Shown here piece after piece: positions 44,701 to 55,154 of a stretch of DNA of 64,000 nucleotides (position 1 is its first letter; every line of letters starts with the position of its first letter). Under the pieces are notes generated by a model. The model made no database searches. It had not been told where the DNA came from and saw nothing but the letters and a program-made list of their open reading frames with translations. The position numbers and the translations under genes were made by a program. The DNA comes from an uncultured Alphaproteobacteria bacterium (GTDB taxonomy: Bacteria > Pseudomonadota > Alphaproteobacteria > UBA7879 > UBA5542), in assembly GCA_903912365.1 (NCBI GenBank), contig CAIWGV010000046.1, positions 10,707 through 74,706 on the forward strand, read 5' to 3'.

Positions 44701-46605
44701 TTACTTCTTCTCAAACCGCGCCAACCTAAGTTTCCGCTCTTCTTCCCTGGAAAGTGGCGCCGGCGACCTCTGAGTCTCTAAAGACACAACTGTAGTTGCA
44801 CGGGGAGCTTCTTCTGCAGCAGCAGCTCTGGATTCAGTTCCTTGGAATATGACAACCGGCGCCAGAGCTGGCGTCTGCAGAAGTTCAGTTGTTTGAATCC
44901 CTTTTAAGGCTTGATTTAGCAGACTATCTTCATATTTCAATTCTTCTTCAAGTGCACCTGCATAAATAGGGCCTTCTTCCTTAAAAGTTACGGCCTCTTG
45001 CAAACCATACTCTTGTAGTTTAGCTGCGAAACCGGCATGAAACCGCCTAATGATCTCTTCAGCAGCCATACCATGTCTAACACCAAGACTTCCCAAATAT
45101 TGGGCCATCTTTTCCGGCTCTCCAATCGGATTGAATGATTGGCGAGAGAATAGTTGCATGAGCATAGGTCCCTCTGACTGAGTGAAGAGATAATCTAGTT
45201 GTGAATCTATCGTACGCAGCCCTGTGACGATACGTTGTCGGATACCTTTAATACAACTCGTCGCGTTTCTTCTGCCTTTATAGGCCTCTAAGGATTCGCC
45301 TACAAATTGGCGCTTCCAAAGATCGACCTTATCAGGATAAAATTTTTCCAAAAAACTGTAGACGAGAGATGTTTGATCTTGAAAATCAGATCCTTCAGAT
45401 AGATCAAAAAAGACCATCCTTCTATCAAATTCCGCAATCTTTCCTAACCGTTCCACTACTACCTCAAAGGGAATGAGCTTTTCGCCTCCAAGTCTATTTT
45501 TAATATTTTCAAAAACTGCATCTTCCAAACCACGCTGAACATGTAGACCGCTGGATCCAGAAACCGGAACCGCTACTGTCTTTTCAGCATACTCATGTAT
45601 CTCGTTTGCCACACCCCTTTCAGGACTAACGGCTCCTGTCATCACTTGATGGGGCATATACGGCCATAAAAATTTTCCTATAAACTGCAAATAGAGTATT
45701 CCAGGATACATGGAGGGATCAACAAAGGAGAAGAAGCGGGATAGATCCTGCGAAGAACGCGATCTAATTCGAGAGTTATAGAGGCGCCATTCCGTTCCTT
45801 CCAAAACATTTACTATCGCATCTCTCTGAGGTTTCGGGAGCATGTAAAGATTACCAAGCATATTTTTATCCAGGGGCAAAAGGGACTGACTTACCAGCCG
45901 ATGAGAAAACATTAAGTAAGATGCCAATTCCCGGGAACCAACAAAAGTCTTTCTTCCCTCTGTTTTTAATGAAATACTCTTCGCCCACCCCAATAGATTT
46001 TGAGTCGCAACTGACAAAGGAGGTCTTTGAGAGATGCCAGAGGGCCGCTGAATAAGAAGGTCGGCAAAGGATTCTTGGGGTATTTCAAGAGCCCAAACTA
46101 TCCTTTCCATACGGTCACAGTTCATGGAATGAATATCGCCTGCAATTGAACTAAGAGCCAAAACAGCTCTATCCAAAAGATCCCATTTAAATTGATGACG
46201 AGTAGGGTCCTGGAAATATCCTCCAAGAAGGTTGAGAAACTTTATAACACCTTCTTGGTCGGCCAATTTTCCCATAGAAACTGCCAAGATCAGGTTTTGG
46301 TGTTCTAAGTCAGCAACTGATGTTCGTACCACTTCCCAGGAAGCGCTCAGAGGATCCCTATTAGCAACAAAAGTTTCTTGAAGCCTTTCATAAGAAGTAC
46401 GCGTGGAGTCGTTGGCCTTTCTTACTAAATCCTCACAATTTCTTTGAAAATATTCGTAATATCTTTGTGGAGAAAGGCGATAGTACTCAGCAGTTGGAAT
46501 AGAAAAATCTTCCTCTCCAGCTCTAGCCTCGGCAACACTCTGTGCCTCCATTGTGAAACAGAAACTTAGAGCCGCGAAAAAAATTCCAAAAAAACCTTTA
46601 ATCAT
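44701..46605 (-). CDS. Large secreted protein of unknown function (634 aa), no recognisable domain
   Basis: Signal peptide MIKGFFGIFFAALSFCFTMEAQS and mostly alpha-helical composition. No catalytic motif recognised. No adjacent functionally linked gene. Confidence 0.55.
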   Translation of the reverse strand: MIKGFFGIFFAALSFCFTMEAQSVAEARAGEEDFSIPTAEYYRLSPQRYYEYFQRNCEDLVRKANDSTRTSYERLQETFVANRDPLSASWEVVRTSVADLEHQNLILAVSMGKLADQEGVIKFLNLLGGYFQDPTRHQFKWDLLDRAVLALSSIAGDIHSMNCDRMERIVWALEIPQESFADLLIQRPSGISQRPPLSVATQNLLGWAKSISLKTEGRKTFVGSRELASYLMFSHRLVSQSLLPLDKNMLGNLYMLPKPQRDAIVNVLEGTEWRLYNSRIRSRSSQDLSRFFSFVDPSMYPGILYLQFIGKFLWPYMPHQVMTGAVSPERGVANEIHEYAEKTVAVPVSGSSGLHVQRGLEDAVFENIKNRLGGEKLIPFEVVVERLGKIAEFDRRMVFFDLSEGSDFQDQTSLVYSFLEKFYPDKVDLWKRQFVGESLEAYKGRRNATSCIKGIRQRIVTGLRTIDSQLDYLFTQSEGPMLMQLFSRQSFNPIGEPEKMAQYLGSLGVRHGMAAEEIIRRFHAGFAAKLQEYGLQEAVTFKEEGPIYAGALEEELKYEDSLLNQALKGIQTTELLQTPALAPVVIFQGTESRAAAAEEAPRATTVVSLETQRSPAPLSREEERKLRLARFEKK

Positions 46606-46794
46606 AAAATCCTCTTTGAGTTGTTGTGAGTAACATGTAGTGTTAAAAATATTAAATTCAACCCCTGCTGACCAAAAAGATGGTAAAAAATTAAAAGGGT
46701 GTCCAGAATTATAAAGAGCCTATTGCTCTTTATGCTAGTAGCCCCTCTTATTAAATGGTATAAAAAATTAAGAATTTTGAACAAGAGAATCCAA

Positions 46795-47247
46795 ATGTTT
46801 CGCACAAAACTCAGTGACTCCATAAAAGACGCTATGAAAAGCGGTGAGAAGGATCGGCTTTCCGTCCTTCGCCTCATGTCCTCTGCCATAAAGCAAAAAG
46901 ACATTGATGCCCGTCCCACCGGCAAAGGCGATATTACGGATGAGCAGATCATGCAGCTCTTTCAAACCATGATCAAGCAGCGCCGGGAAAGCATCTCTAT
47001 GTATGAAAAAGGCAACAGGCCTGATCTGGCTGCCAAAGAGCATGCAGAAATTGTCGTTATTGAGTCTTTCCTTCCCCAGCAGATGACCGATGAGGAAATT
47101 GATTTGGTGGTAAGTGAGGCCATTCAAGAATCTTCGGCCGCAGCGCTCAAAGATATGGGAGCTGTTATGGGCATCTTAAAAGATAAATACACAGGAAAAA
47201 TGGACTTCGGCAAAGCTTCCGGTATTATTAAGCGGCACCTTTCCTGA
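46795..47247 (+). CDS. yqeY: GatB/YqeY domain protein
   Basis: MFRTKLSDSIKDAMKSGEKDRLSVLRLMSSAIKQKDID... is the typical YqeY N-terminus. The start is trimmed from the longer ORF, which overlaps an antisense ORF. Lies upstream of dnaG. Confidence 0.82.
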   Translation: MFRTKLSDSIKDAMKSGEKDRLSVLRLMSSAIKQKDIDARPTGKGDITDEQIMQLFQTMIKQRRESISMYEKGNRPDLAAKEHAEIVVIESFLPQQMTDEEIDLVVSEAIQESSAAALKDMGAVMGILKDKYTGKMDFGKASGIIKRHLS

Positions 47248-47251
47248 CCTC

Positions 47252-49018
47252 ATGTATCCCCCCGCCCTTCTAGATAAGATCAAACATTCTCTGACCTTAT
47301 CAGAGATCATTGGCCGTACGGTCCCTTTGCGGAAAAAAGGCCATGAATTTGGGGGCTGCTGCCCCTTCCATCAGGAAAAAACGCCTTCCTTCACTGTCAA
47401 TAATCAAAAAGCTTTTTACCATTGCTTTGGGTGTGGGGCTCATGGGTCCATCTTTGATTTTCTCCAACATCAAAACAATCTCACCTTTATGGAGGCCGTT
47501 CGCCAGGCAGCAGAGATGGCGGGAGTTCCTTTACCCATCCTAAAAAAAACAGCTCGGAATTTATCAGAAGAGAAACTCAAAGAAGCCCTGTTTCAAGTTT
47601 TGGAGAGGGCCTGTGGTTTTTTTGAACAACAGCTCCAATTGGGCACGGGGACAGAAGCTAGAGACTACCTCCTGAACATACGTCATCTCACCCCCCAAAC
47701 CATCCAGACCTTTCGCTTAGGATTTTCTCCTGCAGAAAGAAGTGGTCTAAAAACCTTTCTTCTCAGCCAAGGGTTCTCTTTAGATTTGATCCTACAAGCA
47801 GGCCTTCTCAGCACTCCCGAAGATAGCCGAGATAGTTACGACAAATTCAGGAACAGAATCATGTTCCCCATCTGCAATCGCCGGGGGAAAGTGGTGGGAT
47901 TTGGAGGTCGTATTTTAGGATCTGGGGAACCTAAATACTTAAACTCTCCCACAACACTCCTCTTTAACAAAGGGGCCATGCTTTACAATTTTGACAAGGC
48001 CTCTATCTCAGTCCATCGTCAAGATCCCCTTTTGGTGGTAGAAGGATACACGGATGTCATCAGCCTCTATCAACAGGGATATGAGCGCGTAGTAGCTCCT
48101 TTAGGTACCGCCTTAACGGAAGATCAGATCCATGAACTTTGGCAAATCTCTCCTGAACCTCTACTTTGTTTTGATGGGGATACCGCCGGTCATCGGGCGG
48201 CTCTCCGAGCTGCAGAGCGGACCATACCCCTCCTCGAACAGCCGGGAAAATCTCTTTCTTTTTTATCCTTACCGAAGGGCGAAGATCCTGACACCCTTAT
48301 TCAAAAGATAGGGCCTCAGAAGTTTCGAGACCTTTTTTCTGCGTGCGACCCTCTAATTGAAATGATTTGGAGAAATGAAACGGAGATCCACCCCAGTAAA
48401 ACTCCAGAACAAAAGGCTCTTCTCCAGCAGTCCATAGAAAAACTCCTGCTTCAGATCAAGAACCCTGCTATTCGTCATTATTACACCCGTGATCTGAAAA
48501 ATCGCCTCTATGCATGGGGATCTTCTTCCTTCAAAAGACCTGTCATTCTTCAAGCTTCTACCCTTAACGTTTTACAAATTTACGAAGGGATCTTAATGGC
48601 CACCGTTCTGATGCATCCTTCCCTTTTAGAAGAGATTCAGGAAGATTTTGCTCTTTTTGAATTTCGCACGAAAAACTACGGAGCTCTTCAAAAAGAAATT
48701 TTATTTTACTTTTATGACGTTTCTCCTATTGAAAAAATACCCCTCACTTCCTATCTTAAGGGATGTGGATATGCTGCGGATCTAGAAAAGATCTTGGGAA
48801 CGCACTTAAGGGTACATGCTCCCTTCCTTGAAAAAGGAGAGCCCCAAGAGATTTTAGAAGGTTGGCACCAGATCCGGGATCTTTATCAGGCAAAGTCCCA
48901 TGGCCCCTCTGAGCTTCGAGTGGCCTTGGACACCTTAGACAAAGACTTTTCTGAGGAAAGTTGGCGTCGGTATAAACACCTAAAACAGGTGTTATCTACC
49001 GTAGATGAAGAAAAGTGA
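47252..49018 (+). CDS. dnaG: DNA primase
   Basis: Zinc-binding CHC2 motif (CCPFHQEKTPSF...YHCFGCGAHG), TOPRIM domain (EGYTDVISL...DGDTAGHRAA). Conserved dnaG-rpoD order. Confidence 0.95.
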   Translation: MYPPALLDKIKHSLTLSEIIGRTVPLRKKGHEFGGCCPFHQEKTPSFTVNNQKAFYHCFGCGAHGSIFDFLQHQNNLTFMEAVRQAAEMAGVPLPILKKTARNLSEEKLKEALFQVLERACGFFEQQLQLGTGTEARDYLLNIRHLTPQTIQTFRLGFSPAERSGLKTFLLSQGFSLDLILQAGLLSTPEDSRDSYDKFRNRIMFPICNRRGKVVGFGGRILGSGEPKYLNSPTTLLFNKGAMLYNFDKASISVHRQDPLLVVEGYTDVISLYQQGYERVVAPLGTALTEDQIHELWQISPEPLLCFDGDTAGHRAALRAAERTIPLLEQPGKSLSFLSLPKGEDPDTLIQKIGPQKFRDLFSACDPLIEMIWRNETEIHPSKTPEQKALLQQSIEKLLLQIKNPAIRHYYTRDLKNRLYAWGSSSFKRPVILQASTLNVLQIYEGILMATVLMHPSLLEEIQEDFALFEFRTKNYGALQKEILFYFYDVSPIEKIPLTSYLKGCGYAADLEKILGTHLRVHAPFLEKGEPQEILEGWHQIRDLYQAKSHGPSELRVALDTLDKDFSEESWRRYKHLKQVLSTVDEEK

Positions 49019-49079
49019 TTTAATTGAAAAGGTGGGTGTGTTAGAGTTGATCTTTCACCCAGAATTTTAGAGAGAGAAA

Positions 49080-51104
49080 ATGTCAAAGTTAACAGACGAA
49101 ACAGTTTTTGATGTAGAACAGGATTTAGATCTGGACGAGGGACTCCCTCTCTCCAGAGAGAAGGTTTCTGTTGAGCTTAAAAAGCTCATCGAGGATGCAA
49201 AAGAACGGGGATTCATCACCCAGGAAGAAATCAACCGTGTAATTCCCAAGGGTAAAAACCATGAGGAGTTGATGGAATCAATCCTAGAAACTTTTGCAGA
49301 AATGGGAATTGACGTCACGGATGATGACGCTCCTGATAGTTTGGGAGAAGAAGAGCTAAGTATCGTTCCCGCTGTCGAGGAAGATGTTGAAGCAATTGTT
49401 GACCTATCTGCCGGAGATATTGTGGGCCGCACAGATGACCCTGTTCGCATGTACTTGCGTGAAATGGGAAGTGTGGAGCTTTTATCTCGTGAAGGCGAAA
49501 TTGAAATTGCAAAACGAATTGAGTCTGGAAAAGAAATGTTGGCCCGGGCCCTTTATTCAAGCCCTCGGACCATTTCAACCATTTTACATTGGATCAAGGC
49601 CCTCAAGGAAAATAGAATTTTCTTAAGGGACATCGTGTCCCTGGATGCCCATTCTGAAGAAGAACCTTCTTTTGATGAGGAACCAGTAGATTTTGAAAGT
49701 TTGGAGAAAAAGTCCTTTGTTCCTCGGCCAAAGACCCAGAAAGAAATGCGGCCTCGAGCTTCCAAGAAAGCTTCTTTGCGGCGCATTAAGGAATCAGAAG
49801 AGGGATTAGACTCAGAAGAACTCGGAGAGGAAGAGGGCAGTGCTTCTCTTGCTTTGATTGAGGCAACAATTCTTCCAAAAACTATGGAGATCTTTGAAAG
49901 CATTGAAGAGCTTAGCCAGAAGATGCAAAAACTCCGCCTTAAAAAATTGGAATGCCTTTCAAAGAGAAAGCCCGTTTCTCCAGATGTGTTGAAAGAATAT
50001 GCCGCTGCACAAGAAAAAATGATTTCCTTCATCGGCGATCTGCACCTCAACAGCAGTCGCGTTGAAGAGCTCACAAGTGAGTTAACGGAGTTTGGAAAGA
50101 CCGTTACAGCCCATGAGATTGATCTCTTGAAGCTGGCTGAGTCTTTGAAAATCAATCGCAATGCTTTTATCAAGATCTACACGGATCAGGAACTCGATTC
50201 CTACTGGTTAAAATCTCTCAATGATATTGATGAGAAATGGGAACCCCTTTCCAAGAGTCCGGAAGCCAAGAAAATCATCAAGAAGATTCAGGAAATTCCA
50301 GGACAATTAGAACTTTCTTTGTTGGAATTCAAAGAGCTAATCGCCTCTGTTCAAAAGGGCGCTCGGTTGTGCAATCGGGCCAAAACAGAAATGATTGAAG
50401 CGAATCTTCGCTTGGTGATTTCCATTGCCAAGAAATATACAAACCGTGGATTACAATTCTTGGATCTCATCCAAGAAGGAAACATTGGGTTGATGAAGGC
50501 TGTGGATAAGTTTGAGTACCGTCGTGGATATAAATTTTCGACCTATGCTACTTGGTGGATTCGTCAGGCTATCACCCGCTCCATCGCGGACCAGGCCCGG
50601 ACCATCCGTATTCCAGTGCACATGATTGAAACCATCAATAAGCTGGTACGTATGTCTCGTCAGATTTTGAATGAAGTGGGCCGGGAAGCAACGCCAGAAG
50701 AGTTGGCAGAAAAACTAGGCATGCCCCTGGACAAGGTTAGAAAAGTTCTAAAGATCGCCAAAGAACCCATCAGTCTTGAAACCCCCATTGGAGATGAAGA
50801 AGACAGTCATTTGGGAGACTTTATCGAAGATAAAAGTTCCATCGTTCCCTTGGACGCGGCCATTCAGTCTAACCTGAAGGAAGCTACCACTCGGGTTCTC
50901 TCCTCTTTGACACCTCGGGAAGAGCGGGTGCTCCGCATGCGCTTTGGCATTGGCATGAACTCAGACCATACTTTGGAAGAAGTGGGTCAGCAGTTTTCCG
51001 TCACGCGGGAACGTATTCGGCAGATTGAAGCCAAGGCGCTCAGAAAACTGAAGCACCCCAGCCGGTCTCGGAAACTTCGCAGCTTCATGGATGTGGCGCC
51101 GTAA
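49080..51104 (+). CDS. rpoD: RNA polymerase primary sigma factor sigma-70
   Basis: Regions 1.1 (acidic N-terminus), 1.2, 2.x ([54 protein letters not shown]), 3 and 4.2 ([24 protein letters not shown]). 674 aa. Confidence 0.97.
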   Translation: MSKLTDETVFDVEQDLDLDEGLPLSREKVSVELKKLIEDAKERGFITQEEINRVIPKGKNHEELMESILETFAEMGIDVTDDDAPDSLGEEELSIVPAVEEDVEAIVDLSAGDIVGRTDDPVRMYLREMGSVELLSREGEIEIAKRIESGKEMLARALYSSPRTISTILHWIKALKENRIFLRDIVSLDAHSEEEPSFDEEPVDFESLEKKSFVPRPKTQKEMRPRASKKASLRRIKESEEGLDSEELGEEEGSASLALIEATILPKTMEIFESIEELSQKMQKLRLKKLECLSKRKPVSPDVLKEYAAAQEKMISFIGDLHLNSSRVEELTSELTEFGKTVTAHEIDLLKLAESLKINRNAFIKIYTDQELDSYWLKSLNDIDEKWEPLSKSPEAKKIIKKIQEIPGQLELSLLEFKELIASVQKGARLCNRAKTEMIEANLRLVISIAKKYTNRGLQFLDLIQEGNIGLMKAVDKFEYRRGYKFSTYATWWIRQAITRSIADQARTIRIPVHMIETINKLVRMSRQILNEVGREATPEELAEKLGMPLDKVRKVLKIAKEPISLETPIGDEEDSHLGDFIEDKSSIVPLDAAIQSNLKEATTRVLSSLTPREERVLRMRFGIGMNSDHTLEEVGQQFSVTRERIRQIEAKALRKLKHPSRSRKLRSFMDVAP

Positions 51105-51163
51105 GCGTTCACATCCCTTTTGCTTTTCGATAAAAATTTAGCTAAAGTGGGGCATTCCCTTGG

Positions 51164-51240
51164 GGGCCTGTAGTTCAGTTGGTTAGAACTCACCGCTCAT
51201 AACGGTGCTGTCGTAGGTTCGAGTCCTACCGGGCCCACCA
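51164..51240 (+). tRNA. tRNA with CAU anticodon (elongator tRNA-Met, or tRNA-Ile2 if C34 is lysidinylated)
   Basis: GGGCCTGTAGTTCAGTTGGTTAGAACTCACCGCTCATAACGGTGCTGTCGTAGGTTCGAGTCCTACCGGGCCCACCA. The G1-C72 pair and lack of three G-C pairs in the anticodon stem argue against initiator identity. CCA is encoded. Confidence 0.85.
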
Positions 51241-51264
51241 TATGTCAAAGAAACAGAAGGAAAC

Positions 51265-51861
51265 ATGATGACATTTAAATTACCCCCTCTCCCCTATGAC
51301 CTCAGCGCTCTAGAGCCACACATTTCAGAGAAGACTTTAAGCTTTCATTACGGCAAGCACCATCACGGATATGTAAACAAACTTAATGAGCTCTTAGTCG
51401 ACTCTCCTCTGGCTTCTAAGGATTTGGAAACCGTTATTCTGGAAACCTCGGGGGATGCGCAAAAGGCAGCCATCTTTAACAATGCCGCTCAAGTGTGGAA
51501 CCACACCTTCTATTGGAACAGTATGAAGCCTGCGGGCGGTGGTGAACCCGGTAAAGATCTTTTGAAACGCATTGAAAAAGACTTTGGCGACTTTGATGGG
51601 TTTTGTACAAAATTCAAAGAAGCCGCCATCACCCAGTTTGGCAGTGGATGGGCTTGGCTTGTGGAAGATCAAGGTCATTTAAAAATTCTTAAAACAGGTA
51701 ATGCGGAAACTCCTTTGACGCACAAGGGTGTTACCCCTCTTCTCACCTGCGATGTGTGGGAACATGCCTACTATTTGGACTATCAAAACCGCCGGCCCGA
51801 TTACTTGGATATTTTCCTGAAAAATCTTGCCAACTGGAACTTCGCGGAACAGAATCTGTAA
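51265..51861 (+). CDS. sodB: Superoxide dismutase (Fe/Mn family)
   Basis: Metal ligand contexts (HHGKHH, ...WEHAYY...) and [18 protein letters not shown] signature. 198 aa. Confidence 0.95.
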   Translation: MMTFKLPPLPYDLSALEPHISEKTLSFHYGKHHHGYVNKLNELLVDSPLASKDLETVILETSGDAQKAAIFNNAAQVWNHTFYWNSMKPAGGGEPGKDLLKRIEKDFGDFDGFCTKFKEAAITQFGSGWAWLVEDQGHLKILKTGNAETPLTHKGVTPLLTCDVWEHAYYLDYQNRRPDYLDIFLKNLANWNFAEQNL

Positions 51862-53022
51862 GTGACTCCCGCCTCCCCCATCGTCATCCTTGGCGGAGGG
51901 TTTATTGGATCCCTCATGGCGATCGCCCTGGGAAGGATAGGCATTTCTACAAAAATTCTGGAACGCACGTCGCGCTCAACCAAAACAGGTGGGGGACGTG
52001 CCATTTCCATCACTTATGCTTCTCGACAATTCTTGGAATCTCTGGGGCTATGGCAAGGGCTGAGCCTCCAGGCTCAGCCTCTCTTAGAAATACATACGTC
52101 GAATGGGGAAGGGCAAACTCTCATTTTAGATCAAAAAGATAGTGGCGGAGAACCCTTCGGTCACATGATTGAGGAGCATCTCTTGCGGGAGGTCTTAGCA
52201 GAAGCCGTTCAAAAATGTCCCTTAATAGACTGGCAAGAAGCTCTATCCATTTCCCAACTGAACCTCCACCAAGATTTTGTGGAAATCACCTTGTCTGATA
52301 AGACAACTCACCAAACGTCCCTTCTCATTGGGGCCGATGGTCGCCAGTCTGCCATACGGGAGTTTCTACAGTTCCCCAAATTTGAATGGTCTTACAATCA
52401 GTGGGGAATCGTGTGCACCTACGCCCATTCCAATTCTCACCATGGTAGAGCCTATGAAAAATTCCTTTCCACAGGACCTTTTGCCATCCTCCCTTTAACA
52501 GGAAATAGATCCGCTATAGTGTGGAGTGCAGAAAATTCCCTGGCTGAGAAATTAAGAGGACTTTCCGAAGGTGAATTCCATAAGGAGGTAGCCTCTCATA
52601 TGGACGGCTTTCAAAACATTCAGCCCCTCACGGAACGGCAGATGCATCCTTTAGGAGCTCAAATAGTACCAAAATTTACAAGACCTCGGATTGCTTTGGT
52701 AGGAGACGCAGCCCATGTCATTCATCCTCTTGCAGGCCAGGGGTTGAATCTAGGTATTCAAGATGTAAACGCCTTAACTGAAACCCTACAAAAGGGAAAA
52801 TCTTTGGGCCTTGATCTGGGAAACACTGGTCTTTTAGGGCAATATGAGAGCGCTCGAAGCTTTGATCACCTAAAGTTTCTTACCATCACGGATGGGCTCA
52901 ACCGCCTTTTTTCCAATGAGAATAGAACATTAGATACGTTCCGAACCTTCGGCCTTAAATGGGTCCAGGAATCTCCAGGGTTACGGGAATTTTTTTCACA
53001 TCACGGAATGGGGATAGTATAA
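51862..53022 (+). CDS. ubiH: FAD-dependent monooxygenase of the UbiH/UbiF/Coq6 family (ubiquinone biosynthesis hydroxylase)
   Basis: GTG start directly after the sodB stop. FAD-binding GxGxxG (VILGGGFIGSLMAIAL). C-terminal DAAHVIHPLAGQGLNLGIQD motif. Confidence 0.82.
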   Translation: MTPASPIVILGGGFIGSLMAIALGRIGISTKILERTSRSTKTGGGRAISITYASRQFLESLGLWQGLSLQAQPLLEIHTSNGEGQTLILDQKDSGGEPFGHMIEEHLLREVLAEAVQKCPLIDWQEALSISQLNLHQDFVEITLSDKTTHQTSLLIGADGRQSAIREFLQFPKFEWSYNQWGIVCTYAHSNSHHGRAYEKFLSTGPFAILPLTGNRSAIVWSAENSLAEKLRGLSEGEFHKEVASHMDGFQNIQPLTERQMHPLGAQIVPKFTRPRIALVGDAAHVIHPLAGQGLNLGIQDVNALTETLQKGKSLGLDLGNTGLLGQYESARSFDHLKFLTITDGLNRLFSNENRTLDTFRTFGLKWVQESPGLREFFSHHGMGIV

Positions 53023-53079
53023 AAGGTTTCTTCTCAAATCTATGGTATACTGCAAGCGGAAAATCAAAGGAGACGTACC

Positions 53080-53334
53080 ATGCAATCACTCGAAATCATA
53101 GGACTTATAGCAGGCGCCTGCACCACTTTTTCTTTTGTGCCTCAGATTTTGAAAATGTGGAAAAGTAAATCTGCGAAGGACATTTCCTTAGGTATGTACT
53201 GTATTTTCTCAACGGGGGTGATTCTTTGGGTCATTTATGGAGCCTATATAAACTCCCTCCCTTTAATGATTTGGAACGCTGTCACTCTTCTCTTCGTCCT
53301 CCTCATTGTCTACTTCAAGCTCCGCTGGAAATAA
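53080..53334 (+). CDS. SemiSWEET / PQ-loop (MtN3-like) small membrane transporter
   Basis: 84 aa with three TM helices and a single PQ motif (FSFVPQILKMWKSKSAKDISLGMY). Confidence 0.78.
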   Translation: MQSLEIIGLIAGACTTFSFVPQILKMWKSKSAKDISLGMYCIFSTGVILWVIYGAYINSLPLMIWNAVTLLFVLLIVYFKLRWK

Positions 53335-53404
53335 GAAACACTTTGCTAATCTTCTGAAATTTAGGTAGAAATAAGCTAAATTTCAGAATAGGAGACAAAA
53401 GACC

Positions 53405-54007
53405 ATGAGCACACTCGTTGGCAGACTAGCCCCAGATTTTACAGCCCCCACAGTTATGGGTGACAATACACTCAATGAAACCTTTAACTTAAAAACTTAT
53501 CTCTCGGGAAAGCCTTGCGTCCTATTCTTTTACCCCTTGGATTTCACCTTTGTGTGTCCCTCTGAAATCATTGCCTTCGATCACAGGCTCGACCAATTTG
53601 AAAAGCGCGGCGTGAAAGTGATTGCCGTCAGTGTAGACTCTCACTTCACCCACCTCGCTTGGAAAAACACCGCCGTTAAGGACGGCGGCATCGGCAAAGT
53701 TGGATTCCCCATGGTAGGCGACCTCACCAAAAGTATCGCTCGGGATTATGGTGTTCTCCTGGAAGGCGGCGTGGCTTTACGTGGGACCTTCCTCATTGAT
53801 AAAGAAGGAGTTATCCGTCATCAGCTCATCAATGACCTTCCCTTGGGCCGGGATGTGGACGAAACCTTGCGTATTGTGGATGCCCTTCAATTCTTCGAAG
53901 AAAACGGCGAAGTCTGCCCTGCTGGATGGACCGAGGGCAAAGCTGGCATGAAGGCTGACGCTGAAGGTGTTTCTGCCTACCTTTCAAAGTTTGCGGAAAA
54001 ACTGTAA
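53405..54007 (+). CDS. Peroxiredoxin, typical 2-Cys (AhpC/Prx1 family)
   Basis: Peroxidatic Cys motif FTFVCPSEI and resolving Cys near the C-terminus (EVCPAGW). 200 aa. Confidence 0.95.
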   Translation: MSTLVGRLAPDFTAPTVMGDNTLNETFNLKTYLSGKPCVLFFYPLDFTFVCPSEIIAFDHRLDQFEKRGVKVIAVSVDSHFTHLAWKNTAVKDGGIGKVGFPMVGDLTKSIARDYGVLLEGGVALRGTFLIDKEGVIRHQLINDLPLGRDVDETLRIVDALQFFEENGEVCPAGWTEGKAGMKADAEGVSAYLSKFAEKL

Positions 54008-54076
54008 AAACCCTTGACCGGAACGGGATTTTCCGTTAAAAAGGAGCACGAGTTTTTGTAAGTAAAGGAAATTAAG

Positions 54077-54364
54077 ATGTCCCGTCGTTGTGAAATTACT
54101 GGAAAAGGCGTTATGGTTGGCAACAATGTGAGTCATGCCAATAATAGAACACGCCGTCGTTTTTTGCCAAATTTGCAGCATATCTCTTTGATGAGTGAAG
54201 CTTTGGGTGTGAACATCCCTGTGCGCAGCAGCGTTCATGGAATGCGCATTGTGGAATCTAAAGGGGGGCTCGACGCTTACCTTGCGGTTACACCAAAGTC
54301 TAAGCTCACAGAAAAGATGCTTAAACTGAAAAGAAAAATCGAAAAGAAAGCTGTTGTAGCATAA
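54077..54364 (+). CDS. rpmB: 50S ribosomal protein L28
   Basis: [34 protein letters not shown] is the canonical L28 N-terminus. 95 aa. Confidence 0.9.
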   Translation: MSRRCEITGKGVMVGNNVSHANNRTRRRFLPNLQHISLMSEALGVNIPVRSSVHGMRIVESKGGLDAYLAVTPKSKLTEKMLKLKRKIEKKAVVA

Positions 54365-54392
54365 ATTGCGACGATTCTTTTCCGTTCTAAAA

Positions 54393-54412
54393 CCCGCAGG
54401 CGCGGGTTTTTT
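54393..54412 (+). terminator. Rho-independent terminator after rpmB
   Basis: cccgc-aggc-gcggg GC stem-loop followed by tttttt. Confidence 0.75.
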
Positions 54413-54428
54413 AATTTAGGGCCTTTAC

Positions 54429-55154
54429 ATGAACTTGTCTCCGGAACTCGTCCTTCTTCTCAAATTCTTCCTCTGTGGCGGGCTTTTGCTCCTTTGCTTT
54501 CGCTTCGCAGGCTTAGTGGGGCTTTATCTCTATACGGGCATTGGGGTCATTGCCTCCAACATCGCGGTTCTAAAGCAGGTCCAGTTTTCTTTCTACCCCA
54601 CCTCCATGGCGGTGGGCACCGTCATCTTCACGTCCCTCTTTCTCTGCAGCGACATCATCAATGAATATTACGGAAGGCGCGCCGCCTTAAAAGCTGTGAT
54701 GTATGGTTTCTTGGCCTATTTCCTCATGACCGTCTTCATGATGAGTGTCTTGGCCTATGGGGATGCCCCTTCCAGCCCCGACGCCCACAAGGCCATCCAG
54801 GTTCTCTTTACACCAGCCCCGGCCCTCTTTATCTCCAGCCTCATTGCGTACTTCACCAGCCAGTATACGGATATCTTTATCTATCGGCTCATTCGACGGC
54901 AAACGGGGGCTTCTTGGCTCGGGCTTCGGGCCCTGGGTTCGTCCCTCATCGCTTCCTTCTTAGATAACGCTGTCTTCAGTTTCTTTGCCTGGTACCTATT
55001 TTCTCTCAACGCCCTGTCCCTTTCCGAGATCTTCTGGAAATATATGCTGGGCACCAGTATTTTAAGAGTCCTCCTTTCCATGGGAAATGTGGGCTTCATG
55101 TATCTTTCCCGCCTTTGCAAACCCCAAAATCATGACCTCACCCCGATATCCTAA
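54429..55154 (+). CDS. yhhQ: Queuosine precursor transporter (YhhQ/DUF165 family)
   Basis: 241 aa, ~6 TM helices with the YhhQ pattern (…YLYTGIGVIASNIAVLKQV…FTSQYTDIFIYRLI…). Its 3' end overlaps the start of tgt. Confidence 0.78.
   Translation: MNLSPELVLLLKFFLCGGLLLLCFRFAGLVGLYLYTGIGVIASNIAVLKQVQFSFYPTSMAVGTVIFTSLFLCSDIINEYYGRRAALKAVMYGFLAYFLMTVFMMSVLAYGDAPSSPDAHKAIQVLFTPAPALFISSLIAYFTSQYTDIFIYRLIRRQTGASWLGLRALGSSLIASFLDNAVFSFFAWYLFSLNALSLSEIFWKYMLGTSILRVLLSMGNVGFMYLSRLCKPQNHDLTPIS

Noticed and set aside
46602-46952. 116-aa minus-strand ORF overlapping the yqeY 5' region
   Set aside because: It overlaps the well-supported GatB/YqeY gene on the opposite strand. The sequence is Leu/Ile/Phe-rich with no recognisable fold. 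More likely the real yqeY start is the internal Met at 46795 and this ORF is noise.
51756-52142. 128-aa ORF overlapping the sodB/ubiH junction
   Set aside because: Out-of-frame overlap with two well-supported genes. Arg/His-rich artefact.
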